This document shows, piece by piece, positions 27,624 through 36,370 of a DNA stretch of 64,000 bases (position 1 is its first letter; each line of letters starts with the position of its first letter). This DNA is from an uncultured Alphaproteobacteria bacterium (GTDB lineage Bacteria; Pseudomonadota; Alphaproteobacteria; HIMB59; GCA-002718135), in the NCBI GenBank assembly GCA_902577945.1, contig CACHBB010000002.1, positions 2,043 through 66,042 on the forward strand, given 5' to 3'. The position numbers and the translations under genes were made by a program. Below the pieces are notes generated by a model that saw only the letters and a program-made list of their open reading frames with translations, made no database searches and was not told where the DNA came from.

Positions 27624-28763
27624 ATGAGAAATGCAGTTATAGTAGGTTTTAAACGATCACCTTTTACAATGGCAAGAAAAGGTGAAATGGCTGAAGTTAG
27701 GCCAGAAGATATATTATCACAAACTATAAATAGTTTAATTAATGAAACAAAAATAAATAAAAATGATATTGAAGACATAATTACTGGTTGTGCATATCCC
27801 GAAGGTGCTCAAGGTAATAATATCGCAAAAATTGTATCATTTATGACTAATATGCCTGAACATGTTGCTGGTATGACAGTTAATAGATGGTGTGGTTCGT
27901 CTATGCAAGCCATTCATGATGCTGCTGGGGCAATTGCAATTAATTCCGGAAATGTTTTTATTTGTTGCGGTGTAGAAAGTATGACTTTTATTCCAATGAA
28001 TGGATTAACTTATGATCCTCATCCTGAATTAAATAAAGAAAACCCAAATGTATATATGTCTATGGGTTTAACTGCCGAAAATGTTGCTAAAAAATTTAAT
28101 ATTTCTAGAAAAGATCAACAAGAATTTGCAATTAATAGTCATAAAAAAGCAAATCAAGCTAGAGAGTCAAATAATTTTAATGATGAGATTGTCAGCATTA
28201 ATCATAGAAATTTAAAAATTAATGAAGATGGTGGAATAAGACCAAACACAACTCAGGAAATTTTAGATGGTCTTAAATTAGTTTTTGATGAAAATGGAAC
28301 AGTAACTGCTGGTACGGCCTCTCCTTTAACAGATGGTGCATCAGCTGTTCTCGTTTGTGAAGAAGAATATGCAAAAAAAAATAATCTAGATATTTTAGCT
28401 AGAATTAAATCAACTGCAGTTGTTGGTTGCCCGCCAGAATTAATGGGCCTTGGACCAATTAATGCTTCAAAAAAAGCATTACACAGGGCTGGTTTATCAA
28501 TAGAGGATATAGATATAGTTGAGCTAAATGAAGCTTTTGCCTCTCAATCACTTGCATGTATAAGAGAACTTAATATGAATGAAAATAAAGTTAATATTCA
28601 TGGTGGAGCTATAGCTTTAGGACATCCTTTGGGGGCAACAGGTTCAAGAATTACTGGTAAAACTGCATCATTACTTAAAATTCATGATAAAAAATATGGA
28701 TTAGCGACACAATGTATTGGATTAGGCCAGGGTATTGCAACTGTTTTAGAAAACATTAATTAA
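27624..28763 (+). CDS. Acetyl-CoA C-acyltransferase / 3-ketoacyl-CoA thiolase
   Basis: 379 aa with thiolase motifs NRWCGSSMQA (active Cys), NEAFA and GGAIALGHPLGATG...CIGLGQG. Confidence 0.9.
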   Translation: MRNAVIVGFKRSPFTMARKGEMAEVRPEDILSQTINSLINETKINKNDIEDIITGCAYPEGAQGNNIAKIVSFMTNMPEHVAGMTVNRWCGSSMQAIHDAAGAIAINSGNVFICCGVESMTFIPMNGLTYDPHPELNKENPNVYMSMGLTAENVAKKFNISRKDQQEFAINSHKKANQARESNNFNDEIVSINHRNLKINEDGGIRPNTTQEILDGLKLVFDENGTVTAGTASPLTDGASAVLVCEEEYAKKNNLDILARIKSTAVVGCPPELMGLGPINASKKALHRAGLSIEDIDIVELNEAFASQSLACIRELNMNENKVNIHGGAIALGHPLGATGSRITGKTASLLKIHDKKYGLATQCIGLGQGIATVLENIN

Positions 28764-28768
28764 TAGAT

Positions 28769-30544
28769 ATGCAAATTTATAAAACACCTCTAAAAGAATT
28801 TAAATTTCTTATCGAAGATTTCCTGAAATTAAATGAAACAGAATTCTTAAAAAATCAAGAATTAGAAACATCAGACCTTATGTTAATTCTCGATGAAGCA
28901 GCAAAGTTATGTGAGGAAACTTTATTACCATTAAATCAAAGTGGAGATAGTGAAGGTTGTAAGTTTGATAATGGAAATGTTACTACTCCTAAAGGTTTTA
29001 AGGATGCCTTCAAACTTTTTGCTGAAAATGGATGGCAAGGGTTAAAAGTTAAGGAAGAATTTGGTGGACAAAATTTACCTTATATCATGAACATGTTGCT
29101 AGATGAAATGATTAGCTCAACTAATATGTCATTTGGTCTTTATTCAGGTTTAACAGCTAACGCAATTGATGCAATTGAAAAAAGTGGAAGTAATGAACTA
29201 AAAAAGACTTATTTACCAAATTTAGCTAGTGGTAAATGGACTGGAACAATGAACTTAACAGAACCCCAATGTGGAACTGATCTTGGTTTAAGTAAAACAA
29301 TGGCGATACCTAATGAAGATGGTAGTTATAGTCTCACTGGAACCAAAATTTTTATTACTTGTGGCGAACATGATATTAGTGAAAATATAATTCATTTAGT
29401 TTTAGCTAGAACACCTGATGCTCCTCCAGGAATTAAAGGAATAAGTCTATTTCTAGTACCTAAATTTTTACCAAATGCAAACAACGTTTATGATGTTAGA
29501 AATGGTGTCGAGTGTGGTTCTATAGAAAAAAAAATGGGAATTCATGCCAGCCCAACATGTGTAATGCATTATAATCATGCCAAAGGCTGGCTAGTAGGAG
29601 ATATTAATAAAGGAATGAAAGCAATGTTCATAATGATGAATGGAGCAAGACTATTTGTTGGTATCCAAGGACTTGGATTATCAGAAACTGCTTTTCAATC
29701 ATCACTTTATTATTCAAAGGAGAGATTACAGGGAAAGTTATCAGCTAGTAATAACATTGCAGATCCAATTCTTGTACATCCTGAAATTCGTAAGAATTTA
29801 TTATACATAAAGTCTATTAATGAAGCTGTGAGAGGTTTAACATTATTGACAGGAAATTATTTTGACATAATTGAAAATTCAAAAAATGAACAAGAAAAAA
29901 TTCAAGCTGAAAACTTTATTGCTTTAATGACACCTATAATTAAGTCATATGCATCAGATAAGTCTGTTGAAAATACGAATAGAGCAATGCAAATATATGG
30001 AGGCCATGGTTTTATTACAGATCATGGTATGGAACAACTTGTAAGAGATGCAAGAATTACAACAATTTATGAGGGCACTAATGGTATTCAAGCCCTGGAT
30101 TTAATTGGAAGAAAATTAAATATTAATAATGGAATATTATTTAAAGAATTTATTGAATTAATTGATAGCGATATAGATAGATTTAATCAAAATCATGCAA
30201 TGACTAAGTATTTAAAGCTATATTTACCTTCATATGAAAATTTTAAGAACGCACTTAGTTTTATTAAATCTTTAAATGATGAAAAAGAAATTAATTCACA
30301 TGCAGTGGAGTTTTTAAATTTATCATCATTAATATCATTAGGTTTCGTTTGGTTAAGATTTATTGAAATATCTTTAGACAAATTAAAAGCAAGTAAAGAT
30401 GAATTTTATAATTCTAAAATTGAGACTGGTAATTTCTTTTTAACAAAATTGCTAGTAGAAACTCAAATGTTGTATGATAATATTAAATCTGGAGGTAAAT
30501 ATTACAATGACTATAAAGATAACTATTTTGAAACTGCGATATAA
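28769..30544 (+). CDS. Long-type acyl-CoA dehydrogenase
   Basis: 591 aa with the ACAD fold (TEPQCGTDL, YGGHGF, IYEGTNGIQ) and an additional C-terminal domain. Confidence 0.85.
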   Translation: MQIYKTPLKEFKFLIEDFLKLNETEFLKNQELETSDLMLILDEAAKLCEETLLPLNQSGDSEGCKFDNGNVTTPKGFKDAFKLFAENGWQGLKVKEEFGGQNLPYIMNMLLDEMISSTNMSFGLYSGLTANAIDAIEKSGSNELKKTYLPNLASGKWTGTMNLTEPQCGTDLGLSKTMAIPNEDGSYSLTGTKIFITCGEHDISENIIHLVLARTPDAPPGIKGISLFLVPKFLPNANNVYDVRNGVECGSIEKKMGIHASPTCVMHYNHAKGWLVGDINKGMKAMFIMMNGARLFVGIQGLGLSETAFQSSLYYSKERLQGKLSASNNIADPILVHPEIRKNLLYIKSINEAVRGLTLLTGNYFDIIENSKNEQEKIQAENFIALMTPIIKSYASDKSVENTNRAMQIYGGHGFITDHGMEQLVRDARITTIYEGTNGIQALDLIGRKLNINNGILFKEFIELIDSDIDRFNQNHAMTKYLKLYLPSYENFKNALSFIKSLNDEKEINSHAVEFLNLSSLISLGFVWLRFIEISLDKLKASKDEFYNSKIETGNFFLTKLLVETQMLYDNIKSGGKYYNDYKDNYFETAI

Positions 30545-30849
30545 TGACTATAAAAATTTATAAACCATCAAAAACTTCAATGCAGTCAGGTTTTAAAAAA
30601 ACAAAAATGTGGTTAGCAGAATACATTTCTGAAGTAGAAAAAGTAAAAGACACCTTAATGGGATGGAACAGCTCTCTTGATACAAAATCTCAAATTAAAC
30701 TTTTTTTTGATACTAAAGAACAGGCTATTGAATGGGCAAAAAAAAATAATTACCAATATTTTGTAGAAGAACCAAAACAAAGAAAAATAAAACCCAAAAA
30801 TTACGCATCAAATTTTGATATAAATCGAAAAGAACCCTGGACTCATTGA
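30544..30849 (+). CDS. ETC complex I subunit family protein (NDUFS4 / 18-kDa homologue)
   Basis: 101 aa. IKIYKPSKTSMQSG...LMGWNSS.DT...F.TKEQAIEWAKKN matches the alphaproteobacterial NDUFS4-like family. It overlaps the ACAD stop by 1 nt. Confidence 0.8.
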   Translation: MTIKIYKPSKTSMQSGFKKTKMWLAEYISEVEKVKDTLMGWNSSLDTKSQIKLFFDTKEQAIEWAKKNNYQYFVEEPKQRKIKPKNYASNFDINRKEPWTH

Positions 30850-30896
30850 CTTTAAATTCTTCCATTATTTTTTAGTCTATGTTAAATGCCATTTAA

Positions 30897-30972
30897 GCGC
30901 CCGTAGCTCAGTGGATAGAGCAACCGCCTTCTAAGCGGTAGGTCAAATGTTCGAATCATTTCGGGCGCGCCA
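30897..30972 (+). tRNA. tRNA-Arg (anticodon UCU)
   Basis: GCGCCCG acceptor pairs with CGGGCGC, the D-arm is TAGCTCAGTGGATAGAGCA, the anticodon loop is CT-TCT-AA, and CCA is encoded. It closely resembles E. coli argU. Confidence 0.9.
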
Positions 30973-30992
30973 ATTAATTTGGAGATTTAATT

Positions 30993-31334
30993 ATGTTATA
31001 TAATTTGAAATGTCATTGTGGGGCTGTTGAGCTAAAAGTTGAAACAGACCTTAAAACTATTAAACAATGCAATTGTTCAATTTGTATTAGAAAAAATGCG
31101 AAAATGTGTATGGTTTCTAAAGATTCAGTTCAGATAATTAAAGGTAAGGAATATCTTAACTCCTATAAATTTAATACCAAAATTGCAGAACATTTTTTTT
31201 GTAAAACTTGTGGAATATATACTCATCATCACAGAAGAAGCGATCCAAATGGTGCTGCTATAAATATTGGATGTATTGATGATATTAATCCCTTTGATTA
31301 TGAAGCTGAATTTATTGATATGAAAAGTAAATAA
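30993..31334 (+). CDS. GFA-family protein (glutathione-dependent formaldehyde-activating / CENP-V-like zinc protein)
   Basis: 113 aa with the Cys pattern CHCG...CNCSIC...CKTCG typical of the GFA family. Confidence 0.75.
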   Translation: MLYNLKCHCGAVELKVETDLKTIKQCNCSICIRKNAKMCMVSKDSVQIIKGKEYLNSYKFNTKIAEHFFCKTCGIYTHHHRRSDPNGAAINIGCIDDINPFDYEAEFIDMKSK

Positions 31335-31337
31335 TTT

Positions 31338-32327
31338 ATGTCCTTGGAATTTTTAATTTCAAAAATTCAAAAAAATAATTTTTTATTAATTGGCAGGGCT
31401 GGTGTCGATATTTATCCTGATCCACCTGGGACTAAAACTGAAAAGGCAAATAATTATGTGAGTCATCTTGGCGGTTCATCAGCAAATATGGGTGTTCAAT
31501 TAACTAAATATGGTGGATTATGTTCTTTACTGACAAGAGTATCTAATGATGCATTAGGTAAATTTGCTTTAAACCAATTAGATCATTATGGAGTAAGGAG
31601 AAATTTAATTAAATTAGAGGATAATGAATCTAGAATATCACTTGCTATCGTTGAATCAACTGTAGAAGATCATCAATCAATAATCTACAGGCATAAAGCT
31701 GCTGATTTGTTTTTAAATAAAACTGATATTGAAAACTCTAATATTCAAAACTATCAATGCATAATAATTACAGGAACTTCTCTTGCAGCTGAACCATCTA
31801 GAAGTGCAGTATTATATGCTTTGGAAATAGCAAAAGAAAAAAACATACCAGTAATTATGGATATAGACTATAGACCTTATACATGGGAGTCAGCGGACAA
31901 AGCAAAAAAAATTTACAATCTTGCTGGCAATTACTGTTCCGGAATAATTGGCAACGATGATGAATTTGCTGTGCTTTCAGGCAGTTATGAAGGTGGATTA
32001 AATTATGCAAAAAAAAAATCAATTAATTGTGATTTGGTAATTTATAAAATGGGTGAAAAAGGCTCAATAACTTTTGCAAATAATGAGGAAATCGAAATGG
32101 GAATTTTCCAAGTCAAACCTCTTAAACCTACTGGTGCAGGTGATGCTTTTATGGGCTCATTAATTGGAGCTCTTCTAAAAAATTATGATCTTCAAAAAGC
32201 TATAGAAATTGGTTCTGCTGCTGCTGCAATCGTTGTAACTAGAGTAGGATGTGCTCCAGCAATGCCAGATATGAATGAAGTATTAGATTTTATGAAAATT
32301 AACAGTATTAACAAAGGAGATACATAA
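31338..32327 (+). CDS. iolC: PfkB-family sugar kinase, IolC-like (5-dehydro-2-deoxygluconokinase family)
   Basis: 329 aa with an N-terminus LLIGRAGVDIYPDP...GGSSANM like IolC and C-terminal PfkB motifs (TGAGDAF, GSAAAAIVV). The family call is firm; the substrate is inferred. Confidence 0.75.
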   Translation: MSLEFLISKIQKNNFLLIGRAGVDIYPDPPGTKTEKANNYVSHLGGSSANMGVQLTKYGGLCSLLTRVSNDALGKFALNQLDHYGVRRNLIKLEDNESRISLAIVESTVEDHQSIIYRHKAADLFLNKTDIENSNIQNYQCIIITGTSLAAEPSRSAVLYALEIAKEKNIPVIMDIDYRPYTWESADKAKKIYNLAGNYCSGIIGNDDEFAVLSGSYEGGLNYAKKKSINCDLVIYKMGEKGSITFANNEEIEMGIFQVKPLKPTGAGDAFMGSLIGALLKNYDLQKAIEIGSAAAAIVVTRVGCAPAMPDMNEVLDFMKINSINKGDT

Positions 32328-33166
32328 TGCATATACCGCCGTTTGATAATCAAAATAATCCTATTGTAGATATGGATGATAAACATGTTCCTCTTAATTA
32401 TTTTAATATAGTTAAATTAAATAAAGACCAAAGTTTTGAATATGTAACCCCTGGTTATGAAACTTGTATTGTTCCCGCAACAGGAACTATAGATATTAAT
32501 ATCGAAGGCTATGAAGTTAAAAATTTAGGCACAAGAATAGTTGATGTGTGGGATGGGGAACCAGAGGGCGTATATGTACCATCTGGTACAAAAGCATCTT
32601 TTGTTGCTCTTAAGGACTCTGAAATATTTATAGCAGGTGCAAAATTTGATAAAACATTTGAACCATTTGCCGTAAGAGTTAATGAAATTGATATGGTTCA
32701 ATATGGATCAGATGATACAAAAACACATAGAAAAATTAAACATATTCTTGGCACGAAACATCATGATAAAGTAGGAAGGCTTCTTTGTAATGAATTATAT
32801 ACAGTAGGACAAGGTGGCTGGTCAGGTTTTCCCCCTCATAAACATGATACTGACAGACTTCCAGATGAAACACGCCATGATGAAACATACAACTATCGGT
32901 TTCGTCCTAATAACGGATTTGGTTTTCAATTATTTCAACAAGTTGATGACAAGGTTGGAAAAGCAGAACATATAATTGATGGATCAACAATTGCAATTCG
33001 CACAGGTTATCATCCTTGTGTTGTAGCACCGGGTTATGAAATGTATTATTTTACTATTTTAGGCGGACTATCACAGAGATCTCTAGTGCAATATTTTCAG
33101 CCTGATCATGCTTATCAAGTAGAGACTATACCCGGGATAAAAGATATGATTGCAAAATATAAATAA
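32327..33166 (+). CDS. iolB: KduI/IolB-family isomerase (5-deoxy-glucuronate isomerase-like)
   Basis: 279 aa. GGWSGFPPHKHDTD...ETYNYRF resembles the IolB metal-binding cupin motif. It overlaps iolC by 1 nt. Confidence 0.75.
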   Translation: MHIPPFDNQNNPIVDMDDKHVPLNYFNIVKLNKDQSFEYVTPGYETCIVPATGTIDINIEGYEVKNLGTRIVDVWDGEPEGVYVPSGTKASFVALKDSEIFIAGAKFDKTFEPFAVRVNEIDMVQYGSDDTKTHRKIKHILGTKHHDKVGRLLCNELYTVGQGGWSGFPPHKHDTDRLPDETRHDETYNYRFRPNNGFGFQLFQQVDDKVGKAEHIIDGSTIAIRTGYHPCVVAPGYEMYYFTILGGLSQRSLVQYFQPDHAYQVETIPGIKDMIAKYK

Positions 33167-34008
33167 TGACAGCAGTTAATTTAAAAACCATACTTAAGAA
33201 AGCGAATAAATATAACTATGCTGTAGCTGGATTAGTTGTAATTACTTGGGAAGATGCCTTAGCGTATACTGAGGCAGCAGATGAAACAGGTATTCCAATT
33301 ATTCTTCAAGCAGGACCATCATGTAGAGCATTCACTCCCATATCTATATTAGGTAAAATGTTTAGGCACCTTGCAGCTCAAACTAAAACTCCTGTATGTT
33401 GCCATCTCGATCATGGTTTTTCTTATAGAGAATGCAAAGAAGGAATCGATAGTGGTTTTACATCTGTAATGTTTGATGGTTCTAAAATGCCTTTGAAAAA
33501 AAATATCAGTATTAGCTCTAAAATTTCTCATATTGCACACAAATATAATATATCTGTTGAAGGTGAAATTGGAGAAGTTGGATATTTTAAGGGTAAAAAC
33601 TCTATAGGAACTGATATATCTGAAGCAAAAACTTATGCCTCTAAGAGTAAAGTTGATGCAATGGCTATCTCGGTTGGGAATACACACCTACAAACATCTA
33701 AAGTCGCTAAAATTGATTATAACAAAATTTTAGATATTCAAAAAATAACTAAATTACCTTTAGTACTTCATGGAAGTAGCGGAATATCAAATGGTATAAG
33801 AAAAAAAATAGCTACTAAAACGAATGTTGCCAAATTTAATATAGGAACAGAATTAAGAATAATTGGATGCAAAACATTGAGAGAAAGCTACAATAAAAAT
33901 ATTAAAAATTTTGATAAAATAAGTATTATTAAACCATCAATTAAAGAATTAAAAAAGGCTACCATCAGTGTGATTAAAAATATAGGTCCTAAAATTGTCA
34001 AAAAATAA
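33166..34008 (+). CDS. Class II ketose-(bis)phosphate aldolase, FBA/IolJ/tagatose-bisphosphate aldolase family
   Basis: 280 aa with motifs CHLDHG, GFTSVMFDGS, VEGEIGEVG, ISVGNTH, PLVLHGSSG and KFNIGTEL. It overlaps iolB by 1 nt. Confidence 0.8.
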   Translation: MTAVNLKTILKKANKYNYAVAGLVVITWEDALAYTEAADETGIPIILQAGPSCRAFTPISILGKMFRHLAAQTKTPVCCHLDHGFSYRECKEGIDSGFTSVMFDGSKMPLKKNISISSKISHIAHKYNISVEGEIGEVGYFKGKNSIGTDISEAKTYASKSKVDAMAISVGNTHLQTSKVAKIDYNKILDIQKITKLPLVLHGSSGISNGIRKKIATKTNVAKFNIGTELRIIGCKTLRESYNKNIKNFDKISIIKPSIKELKKATISVIKNIGPKIVKK

Positions 34009-34885
34009 ACTAGCTTTTATTGGTGGAAGCGGAATATATAATTTAGATATACTCACAGATATAAAAGAGCATAATCTACAATCTGCTTTTGGAAATCCTT
34101 CAAGTAAAATTATTGAAGGAAAAATTAATGATAATATAATATACTTTCTATCAAGACATGGTTCAGGTCATCGTCTATCACCATCTGAAATTAATTATAG
34201 AGCAAATATAGATTGTTTTAAGCAACTTGAAGTAACTGACATCATTTCATTATCTGCTGTTGGTTCATTAAGAGATGAACTTGATCCAGAAACTTTTGTT
34301 ATTGTAGATCAGTTTATAGATAGAACAATTAATAGAAAGAAAACTTTCTTTGAAAATGGTATTGTTGCTCATGTACCAATGGCTCAGCCAACATCTAAAG
34401 TTTTAATGGATCTTTCAAAAAACATATTAGAAGATCTAAAAATCAAACATGTATATGGCGGAACATATCTAGCTATGGAAGGTCCACAATTTTCAAGTAA
34501 AGCAGAGTCTTTATTGTACAGAAGTTGGAATTGTGATGTAATAGGCATGACAAATATGCCAGAAGCAAAATTAGCAAGAGAGGCTGAAATTAGATATGCT
34601 TCAATTTCAATGGTAACAGATTATGACTCATGGAGTTTAGAACATGATGATGTTGATTTACAAATGCTTTTAGATACTATGCATAAAAATGTTGAGAAAT
34701 CTAAAAAGTTTATTGAGAATTTTTCCAATAGATATTTTGCCGATTTAGATTTTAAACTTGATAATACATCAAAAATACTCGATACATCAATTATCACACA
34801 ACCTAGTAATTGGGATAAGAATGCTGCTGAAAAACTATCCAATATTTTAAAAAGATTTATAAAAGAAAATAATGTTAGTAAATGA
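33995..34885 (+). CDS. mtnP: S-methyl-5-thioadenosine phosphorylase
   Basis: 296 aa with AFIGGSGIY, SRHG.GH and GMTNMPEAKLAREAEIRYA motifs typical of MTAP. TTG start, overlapping the aldolase 3-prime end by 14 nt. Confidence 0.88.
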   Translation: MSKNKLAFIGGSGIYNLDILTDIKEHNLQSAFGNPSSKIIEGKINDNIIYFLSRHGSGHRLSPSEINYRANIDCFKQLEVTDIISLSAVGSLRDELDPETFVIVDQFIDRTINRKKTFFENGIVAHVPMAQPTSKVLMDLSKNILEDLKIKHVYGGTYLAMEGPQFSSKAESLLYRSWNCDVIGMTNMPEAKLAREAEIRYASISMVTDYDSWSLEHDDVDLQMLLDTMHKNVEKSKKFIENFSNRYFADLDFKLDNTSKILDTSIITQPSNWDKNAAEKLSNILKRFIKENNVSK

Positions 34886-35948
34886 TAAACACTTAACAAC
34901 TATTTGGTACGAAGAGAAAATTGATAAAGTTAAGATTATAGATCAACGTTTAATTCCATTTGAGTTAAAAATTATAGAATTAAATACTGTTGATGAAGTT
35001 TGCTATGCAATAAAAGAAATGCAGGTAAGGGGGGCACCATTGATAGGTGTAACTGCAGCATATGGTATGTATATAGCTTCCAAAGAAAATGCTAACATAG
35101 AATTTTTAGAGAATGCATCAAAAAGAATTAATGCAACAAGGCCCACAGCAGTAAATTTGTCATGGGCTCTTAGTGAAGTAATGAATAAAATTGCTGACTT
35201 GAAAGTAGAACAAACTTCAAAAAAAATTCTGGAGATAGCAAATCAAATAAGACAGGATGATATTGATAATTGTAAAAAAATTGGTGAATATGGATATGAA
35301 TTAATTAAAAAAATATATGAAATAAAAAATAAACCTATAAATATTTTAACACATTGTAATGCGGGTTGGTTGGCTACAGTCGACTGGGGTACCGCTTTAG
35401 CACCAGTATTTTTTGCTCACAAGAAAAATATACCATTACATGTATGGGTAGATGAAACAAGGCCTAGAAATCAAGGATTTAGTCTAACTTCTTGGGAGCT
35501 TATTAATGAAAAAATTCCTAATTCTTTAATAGTAGATAATGTTGGTGGACATTTGATGCAACAAAATAAAATAGATATTTGTATAACTGGCACAGATAGA
35601 ACATCTTCTAATGGAGATGTTTGTAATAAAATAGGTACTTATCTTAAAGCTCTTGCGGCTTATGATAACAATATTCCATTTTATGTTTCAGCACCTATTT
35701 CTAGTATAGATTTTAAAATTGAAAATGGCGTCAGGGATATACCAATAGAAGAGAGAGATAGTAAAGAAGTATCACATATTACTGGTTTAGATGAAAATAA
35801 TAAATTAAAAACAGTTAAGATAGTTCCTGAGGGATCTTATTGCGCTAATTTTGCATTTGATGTTACTCCTGCTAAATATATTACTAAATTAATTACTGAA
35901 AAGGGAATTATTGGTGCAAATTATAAATCTATTAGTAGTTTAAAGTAA
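34872..35948 (+). CDS. mtnA: Methylthioribose-1-phosphate isomerase (eIF-2B alpha/beta/delta-like)
   Basis: 358 aa with MQVRGAPLIGVTAAYG, THCNAG, GTDR and CNKIGTY motifs. It overlaps mtnP by 14 nt. It could equally act on 5-deoxyribose-1-phosphate. Confidence 0.88.
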   Translation: MLVNDKHLTTIWYEEKIDKVKIIDQRLIPFELKIIELNTVDEVCYAIKEMQVRGAPLIGVTAAYGMYIASKENANIEFLENASKRINATRPTAVNLSWALSEVMNKIADLKVEQTSKKILEIANQIRQDDIDNCKKIGEYGYELIKKIYEIKNKPINILTHCNAGWLATVDWGTALAPVFFAHKKNIPLHVWVDETRPRNQGFSLTSWELINEKIPNSLIVDNVGGHLMQQNKIDICITGTDRTSSNGDVCNKIGTYLKALAAYDNNIPFYVSAPISSIDFKIENGVRDIPIEERDSKEVSHITGLDENNKLKTVKIVPEGSYCANFAFDVTPAKYITKLITEKGIIGANYKSISSLK

Positions 35949-35949
35949 A

Positions 35950-36366
35950 ATGTTGTTAAAAATTTTAGATAAATTAGGGCGAAAAAAAGTTGTGTTGGAT
36001 AGAGGCCCGTCTCATCCTGAATTTCATAAAGCTAAACCATGGATGGAAAGATATTATTTATTATTTAGAAAAAGACCTAAATGGTTTCCATTTAATATTC
36101 TAATTCATAGAATGTTAGATGATGACCATGGAGAAGGAGCACATAATCATTTATGTCCATATATAACAATTATATTAAAAGGCGGATATTGGGAAACAAC
36201 TTCTAAAGGCAAATTTTGGAGAGCTCCTGGATACATTGGATTTCGTACTGCAGATCATATGCATAGAGTTGATCTTGAGCCCGGTAAAAATACAATGACT
36301 TTATTTATTCCTGGACCTTTTGGTTTAAGAAAAAATAATAGAGCTGGTTATAAAGAAAAATTTTAA
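35950..36366 (+). CDS. Conserved hypothetical His-rich small protein
   Basis: 138 aa starting 1 nt after the mtnA stop. Motifs YYLLFRKRPKWFPFNILIHRMLDDDHGEGAHNH...IILKGGYWE and DHMHRV resemble an uncharacterised family I recall (LH.F..SD.DR.LHDHPW...IL.GGY.E). This comes from memory only. Confidence 0.45.
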   Translation: MLLKILDKLGRKKVVLDRGPSHPEFHKAKPWMERYYLLFRKRPKWFPFNILIHRMLDDDHGEGAHNHLCPYITIILKGGYWETTSKGKFWRAPGYIGFRTADHMHRVDLEPGKNTMTLFIPGPFGLRKNNRAGYKEKF

Positions 36367-36370
36367 TATT

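Noticed and set aside
31338-34008. Reading iolC-iolB-aldolase as evidence for myo-inositol catabolism.
   Set aside because: The dehydrogenase (iolG), dehydratase (iolE), hydrolase (iolD) and malonate-semialdehyde dehydrogenase (iolA) are absent from the window. Only the family assignments are supported, so I report the cluster as an open question instead.
30973-36366. Possible genomic island integrated at tRNA-Arg(UCU), carrying GFA, the iol-like genes and the mtn genes.
   Set aside because: I found no integrase, no direct repeat of the tRNA 3-prime end and no visible compositional break. Adjacency to a tRNA alone is insufficient.
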